47,472 nt of DNA from Patescibacteria group bacterium (GCA_038061925.1 JBBTYD010000015.1:1-47472); one strand, 5' to 3'. Shown: positions 9,156 to 18,155, numbered from the stretch's first letter. Notes: a model not told the origin generated them from the sequence alone. Numbers and translations are program-made.

Positions 9156-11693
9156 ATGAAAAATAGAAATGTTCGCCTATCGAAAAATGTTATTCCAATG
9201 GAATATCATATCCAGTTAAAACCGGATTTAGACAATTTCACCTTTGCCGGCGTCGAAACTATAAAAATCTCCATCTTGAAACCGACCAAAGTATTGACTC
9301 TCCATTCTAAAGAAATTGAGATAGTAACCGCTCATATGTTGCTCGAAAAAAATTCGCTTGTCGGCAAAGCCAGAAATTTATTTGCAAAAATCTCTTATAA
9401 TGAAAAGAAGGAAACTGTTGCTTTTTTATTTCCAAAGTTTATTCCGGCTAATAAAAAAATAAAACTGACGATCGTTTTCAAAGGAATACTCAACGACAAG
9501 ATGCGTGGATTTTACAGAAGCAAATACACTGTTCTAGAAAAGGAATATCATATGGCCACGACTCAATTTGAAGCCACCGACGCCCGGAGAGCATTTCCTT
9601 GTTTTGATGAACCAGCGCAAAAAGCCATATTTCACGTTTCGCTCATCGTCCCAAAAGGCAAAACCACTATTTCCAATACCTTGCCAGTTTCTGTTTTAGA
9701 ACACGAAGCGGGATACGAAATTGTAAAATTCTTACCAACCCCGAAAATGTCCACCTATTTGCTCGCGTTTATCGTTGGTGATTTTGAATATCTTGAATCC
9801 CCAACCCTCGGCCATAGCACGGTCACGAGCGAGGCCCAAAATAATGTTCGAATTCGCGTCTATACCACTCCCGGGAAAAAACATCAAGCTAAGTTTGCGT
9901 TGGATTGCGCAGTGAAAACTTTAAAATTTTATAATGAATATTTTGGCATTGCGTATCCCCTGCCAGTACTCGATATGATCGCTATCCCGGATTTTACATC
10001 TGGAGCAATGGAAAATTGGGGCGCCATAACCTATCGTGAAAGCGCGCTTTTAGTTGATGAAAATCATTCATCGCTTTTAAATAAACAATGGGTCGCGCTG
10101 GTCATTGCCCACGAGATAGCGCATCAATGGTTCGGCAATTTAGTGACGATGGAATGGTGGACGCACTTATGGCTCAACGAAGGCTTTGCTTCATATATAG
10201 AATATTTGGCCGTGGATAAACTTTTTCCAAAATGGGATATTTGGACGCAATTTTCAAATAATGAATTAGGCACAGCCTTGCGGTTAGATGCCCTTTTTCA
10301 TACTCACCCGATCGAAATACCGGTGCATCATCCGGATGAAATTGGCGAAATATTTGATGAAGTGTCATATTCCAAGGGAGCGTCAATCATCCGAATGCTC
10401 GCAGATTACTTAGGTGAGAAAAATTTTAGAGATGGGTTGCGATATTATTTAAAAAAGAACAGTTATAAAAATACCGAGACTCTCCACCTCTGGCAGGCCT
10501 TTGAAAAAATTACAAAAAAACCGGTTGCCAAAATAATGCATAATTGGACATCTTTTCCAGGCTATCCGGTTATAAAAGCCAGTATCGCAAACAAAAAACT
10601 AAATTTATCCCAGGAGAGATTTTTTGCCAGTCCAATATCAAAAGCAAAGGGAAAAGATAAGACTTTATGGCAAATACCCATATCTTATTTGGTTAATGAC
10701 AGATATATAAAAATAAATATAGGCGAAGCAGGTTTTTATCGCACGGCTTATTCTGAAGAACTTCTGGAAAAATTAAAAATGCCGGTAGAAAAGAAATTAT
10801 TGTCCACCCGTGACAGAATCGGCATCATTAGAGACCTTTTTGCTCTGGCGGAAGCGGGGACTATTCCTACAACCGACGCGCTCGAATTTTTGTCTGCATA
10901 TAAAAAAGAAGACAATTACACCGTGTGGCTCGAGCTGGCAATGGGCCTCGGACGCCTCGAAGCGCTTTTAGCCCGAGAAAATTATAAAGAAAATTTGAAT
11001 AAAATTATTCTGAAATTATTCTCCCCTCTTTTTACCCGACTCGGTTGGAATAAAAACGATAAAGAACCTCATACCCATACTCTTTTACGTTCCTTGGTCA
11101 TATCTAGACTTGGAAGATCCGGCCATAAAATAATATTGAAGGAAGCGAAAAAGAAATTTACTAAAGGCAATATTCACCCAGATATAAGAGGAGCGGTGTA
11201 TGCGACTATCGCATCGTGGGGCAAGATGAAAGAATATGATGTGTTTATAAAAAAATATAAGAAGGAAACGCTTCATGAAGAGAAAAATAGAATTGGAAGT
11301 GCTTTGGGAGACTTCTGTGACCCGAAAATATTAAAACTTGCCTGTAAATTCGCGTTTTCAGATAACGTTCGTAAACAAGATAGCATTAGTATCATTTCCT
11401 CTGTGGGAGGAAACCCTTTAGGTCGCGATATATGGTGGAATTTTGTTCAAAAGAATTGGAAAACACTTGTCTCGCGTTATGGCGACGGCGGTCATACGCT
11501 TGCCAGATTGGTGAAAGCGATATCCAGCAGCGCGGAAGAAAAACACTTGAGATCTTTTAAGAAATTTTTCACTACCCACAATGCCCCCGGCGCTAAACGG
11601 GCAATAGAGCAAGTCTTGGAACGTTTAGAAAGCAACCTCGCTTGGCTGAAAAGAGATGGGAAGATAATAGCGAAGTTTTTAAATAATGTATGA
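9156..11693 (+). CDS. pepN: M1-family aminopeptidase (PepN/puromycin-sensitive type)
   Basis: TQFEATDARRAFPCFDEP, GAMENWG, HEIAHQWFG-x-WLNEG, YSKG. Confidence 0.93.
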   Translation: MKNRNVRLSKNVIPMEYHIQLKPDLDNFTFAGVETIKISILKPTKVLTLHSKEIEIVTAHMLLEKNSLVGKARNLFAKISYNEKKETVAFLFPKFIPANKKIKLTIVFKGILNDKMRGFYRSKYTVLEKEYHMATTQFEATDARRAFPCFDEPAQKAIFHVSLIVPKGKTTISNTLPVSVLEHEAGYEIVKFLPTPKMSTYLLAFIVGDFEYLESPTLGHSTVTSEAQNNVRIRVYTTPGKKHQAKFALDCAVKTLKFYNEYFGIAYPLPVLDMIAIPDFTSGAMENWGAITYRESALLVDENHSSLLNKQWVALVIAHEIAHQWFGNLVTMEWWTHLWLNEGFASYIEYLAVDKLFPKWDIWTQFSNNELGTALRLDALFHTHPIEIPVHHPDEIGEIFDEVSYSKGASIIRMLADYLGEKNFRDGLRYYLKKNSYKNTETLHLWQAFEKITKKPVAKIMHNWTSFPGYPVIKASIANKKLNLSQERFFASPISKAKGKDKTLWQIPISYLVNDRYIKINIGEAGFYRTAYSEELLEKLKMPVEKKLLSTRDRIGIIRDLFALAEAGTIPTTDALEFLSAYKKEDNYTVWLELAMGLGRLEALLARENYKENLNKIILKLFSPLFTRLGWNKNDKEPHTHTLLRSLVISRLGRSGHKIILKEAKKKFTKGNIHPDIRGAVYATIASWGKMKEYDVFIKKYKKETLHEEKNRIGSALGDFCDPKILKLACKFAFSDNVRKQDSISIISSVGGNPLGRDIWWNFVQKNWKTLVSRYGDGGHTLARLVKAISSSAEEKHLRSFKKFFTTHNAPGAKRAIEQVLERLESNLAWLKRDGKIIAKFLNNV

Positions 11694-12093
11694 TGAAACT
11701 ATGAAAACAATAAACAACCGAACAACCAAATATCCGATTAATGACATGTTTTTAAAAAGATACTCCCCCCGGGCGATGTCTGGAGAAAAAATATCGGAGG
11801 AAAAACTAATGACCTTGTTTGAGGCCGCGCGATGGGCGCCTTCTTCTTCTAACACACAACCTTGGAGATTTTTATACGCAATGCGCGACACTCCCGAATT
11901 TGAAAATTTATTCTCTTTGCTTGTAGATTTTAATAAAGATTGGTGCGCGCGAGCCGGAGCGCTGGTTGTGACTGTTTCAAAAAAAACTGGATTAAAAGAC
12001 GGACTATCCATCACCCATTCTTTTGACGCCGGTTCGGCTTGGGAAAATTTAGCTTTGCAAGCTTCAGAGTTTGAAGGTAAATTTCCCGCTTAG
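11686..12093 (+). pseudogene. Nitroreductase-family protein, C-terminally truncated
   Basis: RYSPRAM, AARWAPSSSNTQPWRF, FDAGSAWENLALQA, then 9 unrelated residues and a stop. The expected GL..H.M.GF and final strands are missing. Confidence 0.65.
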
Positions 12094-12114
12094 ACTTATC
12101 CACCTCCTCCCATT

Positions 12115-12152
12115 TACTTTACTTGACTAAAGTACTTTATTTTGCTAAAGTG
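12115..12152 (+). promoter_or_regulatory. Tandem YerC/HisR-type operators overlapping a sigma70 promoter
   Basis: TACTTTA-CTTGAC-TAAAGTA (12115-12134) and TACTTTA-TTTTGC-TAAAGTG (12133-12152). -35 TTGACT (12123-28), 17-bp spacer, TGn-TAAAGT (12146-51). Confidence 0.8.
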
Positions 12153-12160
12153 GATAACAA

Positions 12161-12493
12161 ATGAAAAATATCGGAGAAAATATAAAAGAAATGGATTGGA
12201 ATATCACAAAAAATAACCAACTCATCCAGGCCATTTTGACTCTTAAAAATGCTAATGAAGCAAAACTTTTTTTGCGCGACCTTCTGACCCAAGGCGAAAT
12301 CAAAAAATTCGCGAATCGCCTTGAAGCTGCTTCCTTGCTTTCTAAAGACGTGCAATACAACGCCATCATTGAAAATAATGGCCTTTCTTCCACAACTGTT
12401 GCTCGAATATCAAAATGGCTCAAAGGTAACTCAGGCGGATATAGGTTAATTTTACCTAGGTTAGAAAATCATCATCACACAACCAAACCTTGA
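12161..12493 (+). CDS. TrpR-family repressor YerC/YecD (HisR-like)
   Basis: FLRDLLTxxEI..RL..A..L....Y..I....GLSSTTVARIS.WL....GGY; ends NHHHTTKP. Confidence 0.9.
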   Translation: MKNIGENIKEMDWNITKNNQLIQAILTLKNANEAKLFLRDLLTQGEIKKFANRLEAASLLSKDVQYNAIIENNGLSSTTVARISKWLKGNSGGYRLILPRLENHHHTTKP

Positions 12494-12570
12494 GAGTTGG
12501 TCTGTGATCGTATTTAATTTTTCTACAAAAAATGCAATTACAAACGGGCTCTCAAAAGGAGTCCCTTTTC
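12470..12570 (+). promoter_or_regulatory. Putative histidine-responsive transcription attenuator
   Basis: CAT CAT CAC codons; mutually exclusive helices 12474-88/12496-508, 12490-515/12530-555 and 12546-52/12558-64 followed by CTTTT. Confidence 0.7.
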
Positions 12571-12630
12571 GTTGCCACTTGGTGGATAAACGAAAATTAG
12601 TTTGTTGAAAACAAAATAAGAAAGAAAAAT

Positions 12631-13032
12631 ATGCAAATGACAAGTATACTTATGCCTGACTTCAAAAAAAGGAGGGGGCTGGTGACGGTTGTGGTGCAAG
12701 ACGAAAATACCAGAGAAATCCTCATGGTAGCTTTTACCAATCGAGCTGGGTTTCTTGAAACTCTCGCGAGTGGCGAGGCAGTATTCTATTCAACATCACG
12801 AAAAGAACGCTGGAAAAAAGGAGAGAAAAGCGGGAATTACCAAATTGTACACTCTATTAAAATTGATTGTGATGGCGATGCTCTTGTTTATATGGTAAAT
12901 CAAAAAGGAGCAGGCGCTTGTCACACTGGCAATCGCACCTGTTTCTATAGATCAATCATAGGATCTGTCTTATTTACCCGAAAAAGAGAACAAATTTTGA
13001 TTCTTCCTGTTCATTTAAATATTACACATTAA
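12631..13032 (+). CDS. hisI: Phosphoribosyl-AMP cyclohydrolase
   Basis: LMVAF, WKKGEKSGNYQ, DCDGDAL, ACHTGNRTCFY. Confidence 0.95.
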   Translation: MQMTSILMPDFKKRRGLVTVVVQDENTREILMVAFTNRAGFLETLASGEAVFYSTSRKERWKKGEKSGNYQIVHSIKIDCDGDALVYMVNQKGAGACHTGNRTCFYRSIIGSVLFTRKREQILILPVHLNITH

Positions 13033-13072
13033 ACAAGTATTGAGGATCAAATCGCGTCTGATCCAACGCAAC

Positions 13073-13113
13073 AAAAAGGGCGACTCGTTTAGAAAAACGA
13101 CCCGCCCTTTTTT
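13073..13113. terminator. Bidirectional intrinsic terminator after hisI
   Basis: AAAAAGGGCG-ACTCGTTT...AAACGACC-CGCCCTTTTTT between convergent genes. Confidence 0.75.
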
Positions 13114-13184
13114 ATATTTAATATAGTTTACAGAGTCACGCCTGAACGTAGATATTTACAATTTTTAATATCAAAGCGCGTTAA

Positions 13185-14093
13185 CTAAAGAATTTTCTCC
13201 CGCAATCTGGCAATCTGGTAAATACTAAATAAGAGAATAAGAGCGGCAATCCATTGGGTAATAGATAGTATGGTGTGATTTACTATCATATCCAGAAAAA
13301 TAGCGAAAAAAGGAAAAGTTAATTCCAAAATAGTGGAAATATGAACCGGAGTTTTTGCAAGCCCTTTGTAATAAATAAGTAAAGCCACCATACCAGTAGA
13401 GAGAGCGATAAGCGCTAATAAACCAAATTGAGAAGCAGTTGGCGTAGCTAAACCTCCGCCAGTTGTATCCCCAAATAAAAGCAAGAATGGCAAGGCAACT
13501 AATACTGTGACCAAAAATCTATAAAAAGTGCTAACTTTGAAATCCACTTTTCCCAAAAGCATCTTAGAAAATGTGGTCGAAGAACCCCAAGCAAATGCCG
13601 CGCCGAGCGCATATAACGCAGCGATAATAGTTCCTTCGCCAGTCGCAAAATTTATATATCCATTTTTGAAGGTTACAAAATAAGCGGCGATTATCGCGAG
13701 CAAGGCCCATTTTATATATCTTTTATCAAATTTTTCTTTTAGGAAAATACTGGCAGTAAAAACAGCAAAAATCGGCTGAAGTTTTTGCAAGAGGAATACC
13801 ACTGAAATAGAAATAAAATGTACTTTACCAAGCGCTGTTGTAAACCATAACGTGCCAAAAAGTCCGCTTAAAATTGCAATCAAAACAATCAGCCACCATT
13901 CACGCTTCGTTAATTTTGTTTTTAAGACATATTTATAAACAAACGGAGATAAAATTATCAAACCAATCAAGTGCTCAAAGAAAATTATTGTAATCGGTGG
14001 AAGAGAATATAAATGCTGACGGATGAGACCATCAAAGGCCCAGAGCGTCGCTGCAACAAGAATGAAAATTGGTCCAGTATAATCTTTTAGCAT
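13185..14093 (-). CDS. EamA/DMT-family transporter
   Basis: About 10 TM helices, two EamA repeats (LQPIF...FLKEK). Confidence 0.88.
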   Translation of the reverse strand: MLKDYTGPIFILVAATLWAFDGLIRQHLYSLPPITIIFFEHLIGLIILSPFVYKYVLKTKLTKREWWLIVLIAILSGLFGTLWFTTALGKVHFISISVVFLLQKLQPIFAVFTASIFLKEKFDKRYIKWALLAIIAAYFVTFKNGYINFATGEGTIIAALYALGAAFAWGSSTTFSKMLLGKVDFKVSTFYRFLVTVLVALPFLLLFGDTTGGGLATPTASQFGLLALIALSTGMVALLIYYKGLAKTPVHISTILELTFPFFAIFLDMIVNHTILSITQWIAALILLFSIYQIARLREKIL

Positions 14094-14416
14094 AATTTTA
14101 AATCTTTTTTAATCTGCGTTATTAATTCTTCTTCTGTATCAAATTTTTTGTACTGTCTTAAAAATTTTTTTATTTGGATGGTCACTTCTTTTCCGTATGC
14201 ATTTTCATTATATCCTATTAAATGCCCCTCAATTTTCTCTCCTGGACCAACAACGATACCCGCTCTGTATTTCTTGCCATCCAGTATAACATTCCCCGAG
14301 TAAATTCCAGATGGGAGCATATCTTTTTTTTTGGTCTCTAAGTTGACTGTCGGGAAACCGATTTTTTTTCCGTATCCATCCCCCTTAATAACTTTGCCAG
14401 AAATTAGGTAACTCAT
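14087..14416 (-). CDS. Monofunctional riboflavin kinase (RibF C-terminal domain only)
   Basis: GxGxGxxIGFPTxNL, ExH, YG, LR..KKF...EEL..QI..D. Confidence 0.85.
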   Translation of the reverse strand: MSYLISGKVIKGDGYGKKIGFPTVNLETKKKDMLPSGIYSGNVILDGKKYRAGIVVGPGEKIEGHLIGYNENAYGKEVTIQIKKFLRQYKKFDTEEELITQIKKDLKLC

Positions 14417-14420
14417 TTAT

Positions 14421-15761
14421 TTATTCTGAAAGTCTTTCATCAATTCTTTCCATGTCTCTCGGAAACATGCAGGCTTCACGTATATTTTTAAGTCCTAGAA
14501 GTTGCATGGTGATCCTTTCCGCACCAAAAGCAAAACCGCCTTCTGGTGGCACACCGTATTTAAACGCTTCCAAAAACATTTTGATTTTTTTGGGATCCAT
14601 CTTCCACAATTTCACATGTTCCATCAGCTGGTCATATTTATTGATCCTGCGCCCTCCGGAGAGCCATTCCAAACCACGACACAATAAATCCATACCGTGA
14701 TTAAATTCTGGATTTTCTGGATTTGGATAGACATAAAAAGGCTTTTTACGTGTCGGATAACCATAAACAAACACGAAATCCGAATCGGTTTCTTTTTTAA
14801 CAATTTCACATATTTCTCTTTCATCTTGCGGATTTAAATCTTTTTCTCCCCGCACATCACGTTTAAAATGTTTGAAAATTTGTTCCTGCGCCTCCGAAAG
14901 AGAAAAAGTCGGAGTCTTTTTTATCATCGTTGGAAGTTCCGCTTTCAAAAGTTTTAATTCGGAAGCATTTCTTTCTTTTACTTTTTCTAAAATAAACCGA
15001 ACCGTTTCTTCCGCAACATCTCGCACGTCCTCCCAGCCGTCGATAAAGGCCATTTCTGCGTCGAGCGATACAATTTCGGTCAAATGCCGTGTCGTTGCAG
15101 AAGGCTCGGCACGAAAAATTTTATTGACAGAGAAAACTCTTTCAAAAGCAGACATAACTATTTGTTTATACAATTGAGGAGATTGGGTAAGAAAAGCTTT
15201 TTTATCAAAATAATCAATCTGAAAAACTTCACTTCCCCCTTCGGCAACTGCTGGCGTGATACTCGGAGCCTGAAATTCAAAAAACATATTTTTTTTCATA
15301 AATTCTCGAAAAGCATCTATGATGGTCTCTTGCACTTTAAAAACAGCTTGAATTTTGGGATAACGTAAAACAAGAGCGCGATTGTCCAACTCAGTGGTTA
15401 ATTCTAGATTATATCCATCAAACGACATATCGAAAGGAAGCGACTCAGCTTCGGCTAAAACCTCAATACCCGTAACTTCAAGTTCCACCTCGCCATTTAA
15501 TATTCCAGCTTTTATATTTTGAGGCGGACGTTTATTCACAATGCCAGTAATTTTTAAAACCCACTCAAGTCTTACTGGTTTTATTTTTTCTATCACTTCC
15601 GCTCGACTCGGCAAAGCCACACATTGCACCTTGCCGGTCATATCCCGCATATCAAAAAAAACCATTTTCCCCTGATCGCGCCTAACATTTACCCAGCCGG
15701 CAATGATAACTTTTTTTCCCACTTTGTCTTTTAAATCCTTGATATATATTCTGTCTTTCAT
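14421..15761 (-). CDS. aspS: Aspartyl-tRNA synthetase, short non-discriminating type
   Basis: N-terminal OB fold, LTQSPQLYKQ, FRAE, RHLTE, GVPPEGGFAFGAER, FPRD. Confidence 0.92.
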   Translation of the reverse strand: MKDRIYIKDLKDKVGKKVIIAGWVNVRRDQGKMVFFDMRDMTGKVQCVALPSRAEVIEKIKPVRLEWVLKITGIVNKRPPQNIKAGILNGEVELEVTGIEVLAEAESLPFDMSFDGYNLELTTELDNRALVLRYPKIQAVFKVQETIIDAFREFMKKNMFFEFQAPSITPAVAEGGSEVFQIDYFDKKAFLTQSPQLYKQIVMSAFERVFSVNKIFRAEPSATTRHLTEIVSLDAEMAFIDGWEDVRDVAEETVRFILEKVKERNASELKLLKAELPTMIKKTPTFSLSEAQEQIFKHFKRDVRGEKDLNPQDEREICEIVKKETDSDFVFVYGYPTRKKPFYVYPNPENPEFNHGMDLLCRGLEWLSGGRRINKYDQLMEHVKLWKMDPKKIKMFLEAFKYGVPPEGGFAFGAERITMQLLGLKNIREACMFPRDMERIDERLSE

Positions 15762-15812
15762 AACAAAACTATTTTATCACGAATTAAAAAAGAAAAACAG
15801 TCTAAAAAGTTG

Positions 15813-16226
15813 CTAATTAAATTTATTAAAATATGTCTTATATTCTTTTAGATATTTGTTATTAGTAGTAAAATAAAATTTTGATTTATCTTTAATTTTC
15901 TTTTTGAAAAAAAGTTTATTTCCATCAATTATAATCATTCTTTTGTAATTTTTTGATTTTGTGTGTTTACCTGAAAAAAATAATTTTTTCTCTTTAACCC
16001 CTTTTAAAAAATACTTATATTGTTTTACAGAACCAAAAACTATTCTTTTAATTTTAACTCCCTGTTTATTTTTTCTATTCAATAAAGAAAAATACTTTAC
16101 AGGCAACGGAGAGAGTTGTTCTTCAGTAATATTCATTGTAGCTAAAATTTCATTTTTAGCTTTTCTAATTTCAGATATTACTTCTTTCTGTATATTTTCT
16201 TTTTTTATTTCCTCAAGATTTCTCAT
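15813..16226 (-). CDS. Hypothetical, very AT/Lys-rich; weak resemblance to a TrmB C-terminal/PLD-like domain
   Basis: I..AKNEI, GVKIKRI, MIIIDGNKLFF pattern. Confidence 0.5.
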   Translation of the reverse strand: MRNLEEIKKENIQKEVISEIRKAKNEILATMNITEEQLSPLPVKYFSLLNRKNKQGVKIKRIVFGSVKQYKYFLKGVKEKKLFFSGKHTKSKNYKRMIIIDGNKLFFKKKIKDKSKFYFTTNNKYLKEYKTYFNKFN

Positions 16227-16265
16227 TTTAATTTTTAAACTATAAATACTTTAACAAATATAAGA

Positions 16266-16313
16266 AAATAATAAAAGGGCGAGGACTGTTGCAATGAACG
16301 AGCTCTCGCCCTT
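16266..16313 (-). terminator. Intrinsic terminator of the Trp-leader operon
   Basis: Minus strand AAGGGCGAG...CTCGCCCTTTTATTATTTT, 20 bp after the stop at 16334. Confidence 0.7.
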
Positions 16314-16333
16314 GATTTTTTCTTTCCGCCCAA

Positions 16334-17785
16334 CTATGGGCTAGCTGTAAACGTAAACCGAAACGAGTGAAGCCTCGGACCAGTATCACTTGTTATCATG
16401 CTGTTGTTGCTTGTGATTGGTAACTCTCTGATTGCAAGATTCACATTCTCGAGCTTCCCTTCACCTTGATGCAGTCTAATCCTTTTCATTAATTGCTTCC
16501 AAGAGTGGTGAATTCCCCTGTGAACTGGGACAATCTCCTTACCATTCAGACTCATATGAAGGAGCTCTGCCTTAATTCCATTTTTTGAGAGTCTTGCATC
16601 CACTCTCGAGATTACCTCATCTACCACAACTCCTTCCATGGGATTACAATCAACTATGCTGAGAAACTTGCTCATGAAATGGCTGGGAACAGTGCTTTCT
16701 CGTAGTCCAGTCAGTTCACGTGACGCAAGCTGAAGATATGGACTCGGGTAACAGACAAGCTCCCCGCGCCCATAGCGTTCCAACAATACGACTCCATGCT
16801 CAGCGATGTTGAGAAGTAAGCAAGTTGCGCCAGTAGGAATTTCTCCCACCCGACTTATACTCTTTACCTCAACCTGAATACCCATCTTATGGAATTTTTT
16901 AGAAATGCTCTGGATCTCAAAGAACTCTAGAACATCCTCGTTTCGCTCCAACACTTCATCCCGAGTGACCATATAGACCACTCGAGGGTCAAGCGAATCT
17001 AGAACCTTAACAAAAACCTGGTCCTGAATTCGGTGCACTACATCCTGGATTTCGAAGGCAATGGAATTTCGGAGCTCGAGTTCAGTCAAGAAGAATCCAA
17101 CATCGGGAAAATGGAGCCTCTCAACTACAACTTCTCCATTCGTCGTCACAAATACGTCTGCGAGAAAATAAAGAAATTGCTCATTAGAATTAAATCCAGC
17201 CTTTTCTGTCGCCAGATCCTGAACCTTATCGAGCAACTGCCCTACTGCATCTGTGACCTTTTGTATAATGTCGTCTCCAAATATAATAGGCGACGAAAGT
17301 AATGCAGGACGAATAAAGAAGAACGGCATTCTTCCTTTCTCCGCCTCACGAGACTTTGCGAGTAATGGTTCAAGAATTCGGTAAGTATTCTTAAGATCCA
17401 TTCCCTTGAACACTTCTCGGAGTTCTTGTAGTGTGTCTGGATTGTGTTTAAGATATAATTCAGGAATGATTAATCCTTCTTCCTTGACGATTCTCCTGAC
17501 CGAAAGATCGGTTTTTCTAATACCTCGATCAATATGAAACGGAAGAAAGTTTCCACCCATTCCTTGGTCGGTCTTAAGCATCGGCCGGTAAAAGCCTATA
17601 CCCCGCATCATCTGTTTCAGACGTCCATTATCTGAAGGAAAGAATGCGTTGAGAATTTCCATCGGAGGATTTTCACGTGTTTTTTTCATTTGAACCTGAA
17701 AATTCCCACCTCTGGATAAAAATACATCAAGCCCAACACTTGAAGATTTAATTCTGCCACCGATCGACACTATACTGATCTTCAT
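16334..17785 (-). CDS. Hypothetical 483-aa protein, possibly a divergent circularly permuted ATP-grasp ligase
   Basis: Long ORF with strong SD (AGGAGG). YFLADVFVTTNGEVVVERLHFPDVGF resembles the D...G..ExN motif; RGELVCYPSP resembles GxVxxxNP. Confidence 0.6.
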   Translation of the reverse strand: MKISIVSIGGRIKSSSVGLDVFLSRGGNFQVQMKKTRENPPMEILNAFFPSDNGRLKQMMRGIGFYRPMLKTDQGMGGNFLPFHIDRGIRKTDLSVRRIVKEEGLIIPELYLKHNPDTLQELREVFKGMDLKNTYRILEPLLAKSREAEKGRMPFFFIRPALLSSPIIFGDDIIQKVTDAVGQLLDKVQDLATEKAGFNSNEQFLYFLADVFVTTNGEVVVERLHFPDVGFFLTELELRNSIAFEIQDVVHRIQDQVFVKVLDSLDPRVVYMVTRDEVLERNEDVLEFFEIQSISKKFHKMGIQVEVKSISRVGEIPTGATCLLLNIAEHGVVLLERYGRGELVCYPSPYLQLASRELTGLRESTVPSHFMSKFLSIVDCNPMEGVVVDEVISRVDARLSKNGIKAELLHMSLNGKEIVPVHRGIHHSWKQLMKRIRLHQGEGKLENVNLAIRELPITSNNSMITSDTGPRLHSFRFTFTASP

Positions 17786-17949
17786 TTTCCCCTCCTTTCT
17801 TGTTGCTGTCTAATTAGACAGCAAATACCAAGGAAAAGAAATAGTATTGGGATATAAATACTCTTGTCAAAGAATACAAAATCCCCTATGCCCGCCACAC
17901 TAAAGGCAATAAAATACCAACCAATCATTTTTTTCCAATGTGTTTTCAT
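17782..17949 (-). CDS. Small 55-aa protein with two hydrophobic segments
   Basis: Not in the ORF track. MKTHWKKMIGWYFIAFSVAGIGDFVFFDKSIYIPILFLFLGICCLIRQQQERRGK; AAGGA SD; ATGA overlap with the 483-aa gene. Confidence 0.65.
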   Translation of the reverse strand: MKTHWKKMIGWYFIAFSVAGIGDFVFFDKSIYIPILFLFLGICCLIRQQQERRGK

Positions 17950-18050
17950 TTTTTTCCTTTTTCTGCTGAATTATAAAATCACTTATTTAGGTAGATTCCT
18001 TCACCTGAGAATTTTTTAAAAGTTTTCACAAACTCAATTACTGTCAAAGA

Positions 18051-18155
18051 ACAAAAAAAGCGCTTGTGCGCCACTTAATGGATTTCTTGTTTAGATAAAT
18101 ATATAAAAAGAAATCAACAGAATAGCGCAAAAACAGAAGTTTTTACGCCCCGCCA
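18051..18155 (-). promoter_or_regulatory. Putative tryptophan attenuator
   Basis: 1:2 helix GGCGUAAAAAC-UUCU-GUUUUUGCGCU; 2:3 helix GCGCUAUU..GAUUUCUU/AAGAAAUC..AGUGGCGC; 3:4 helix GGCGC-ACAA-GCGC followed by U7. Confidence 0.65.
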
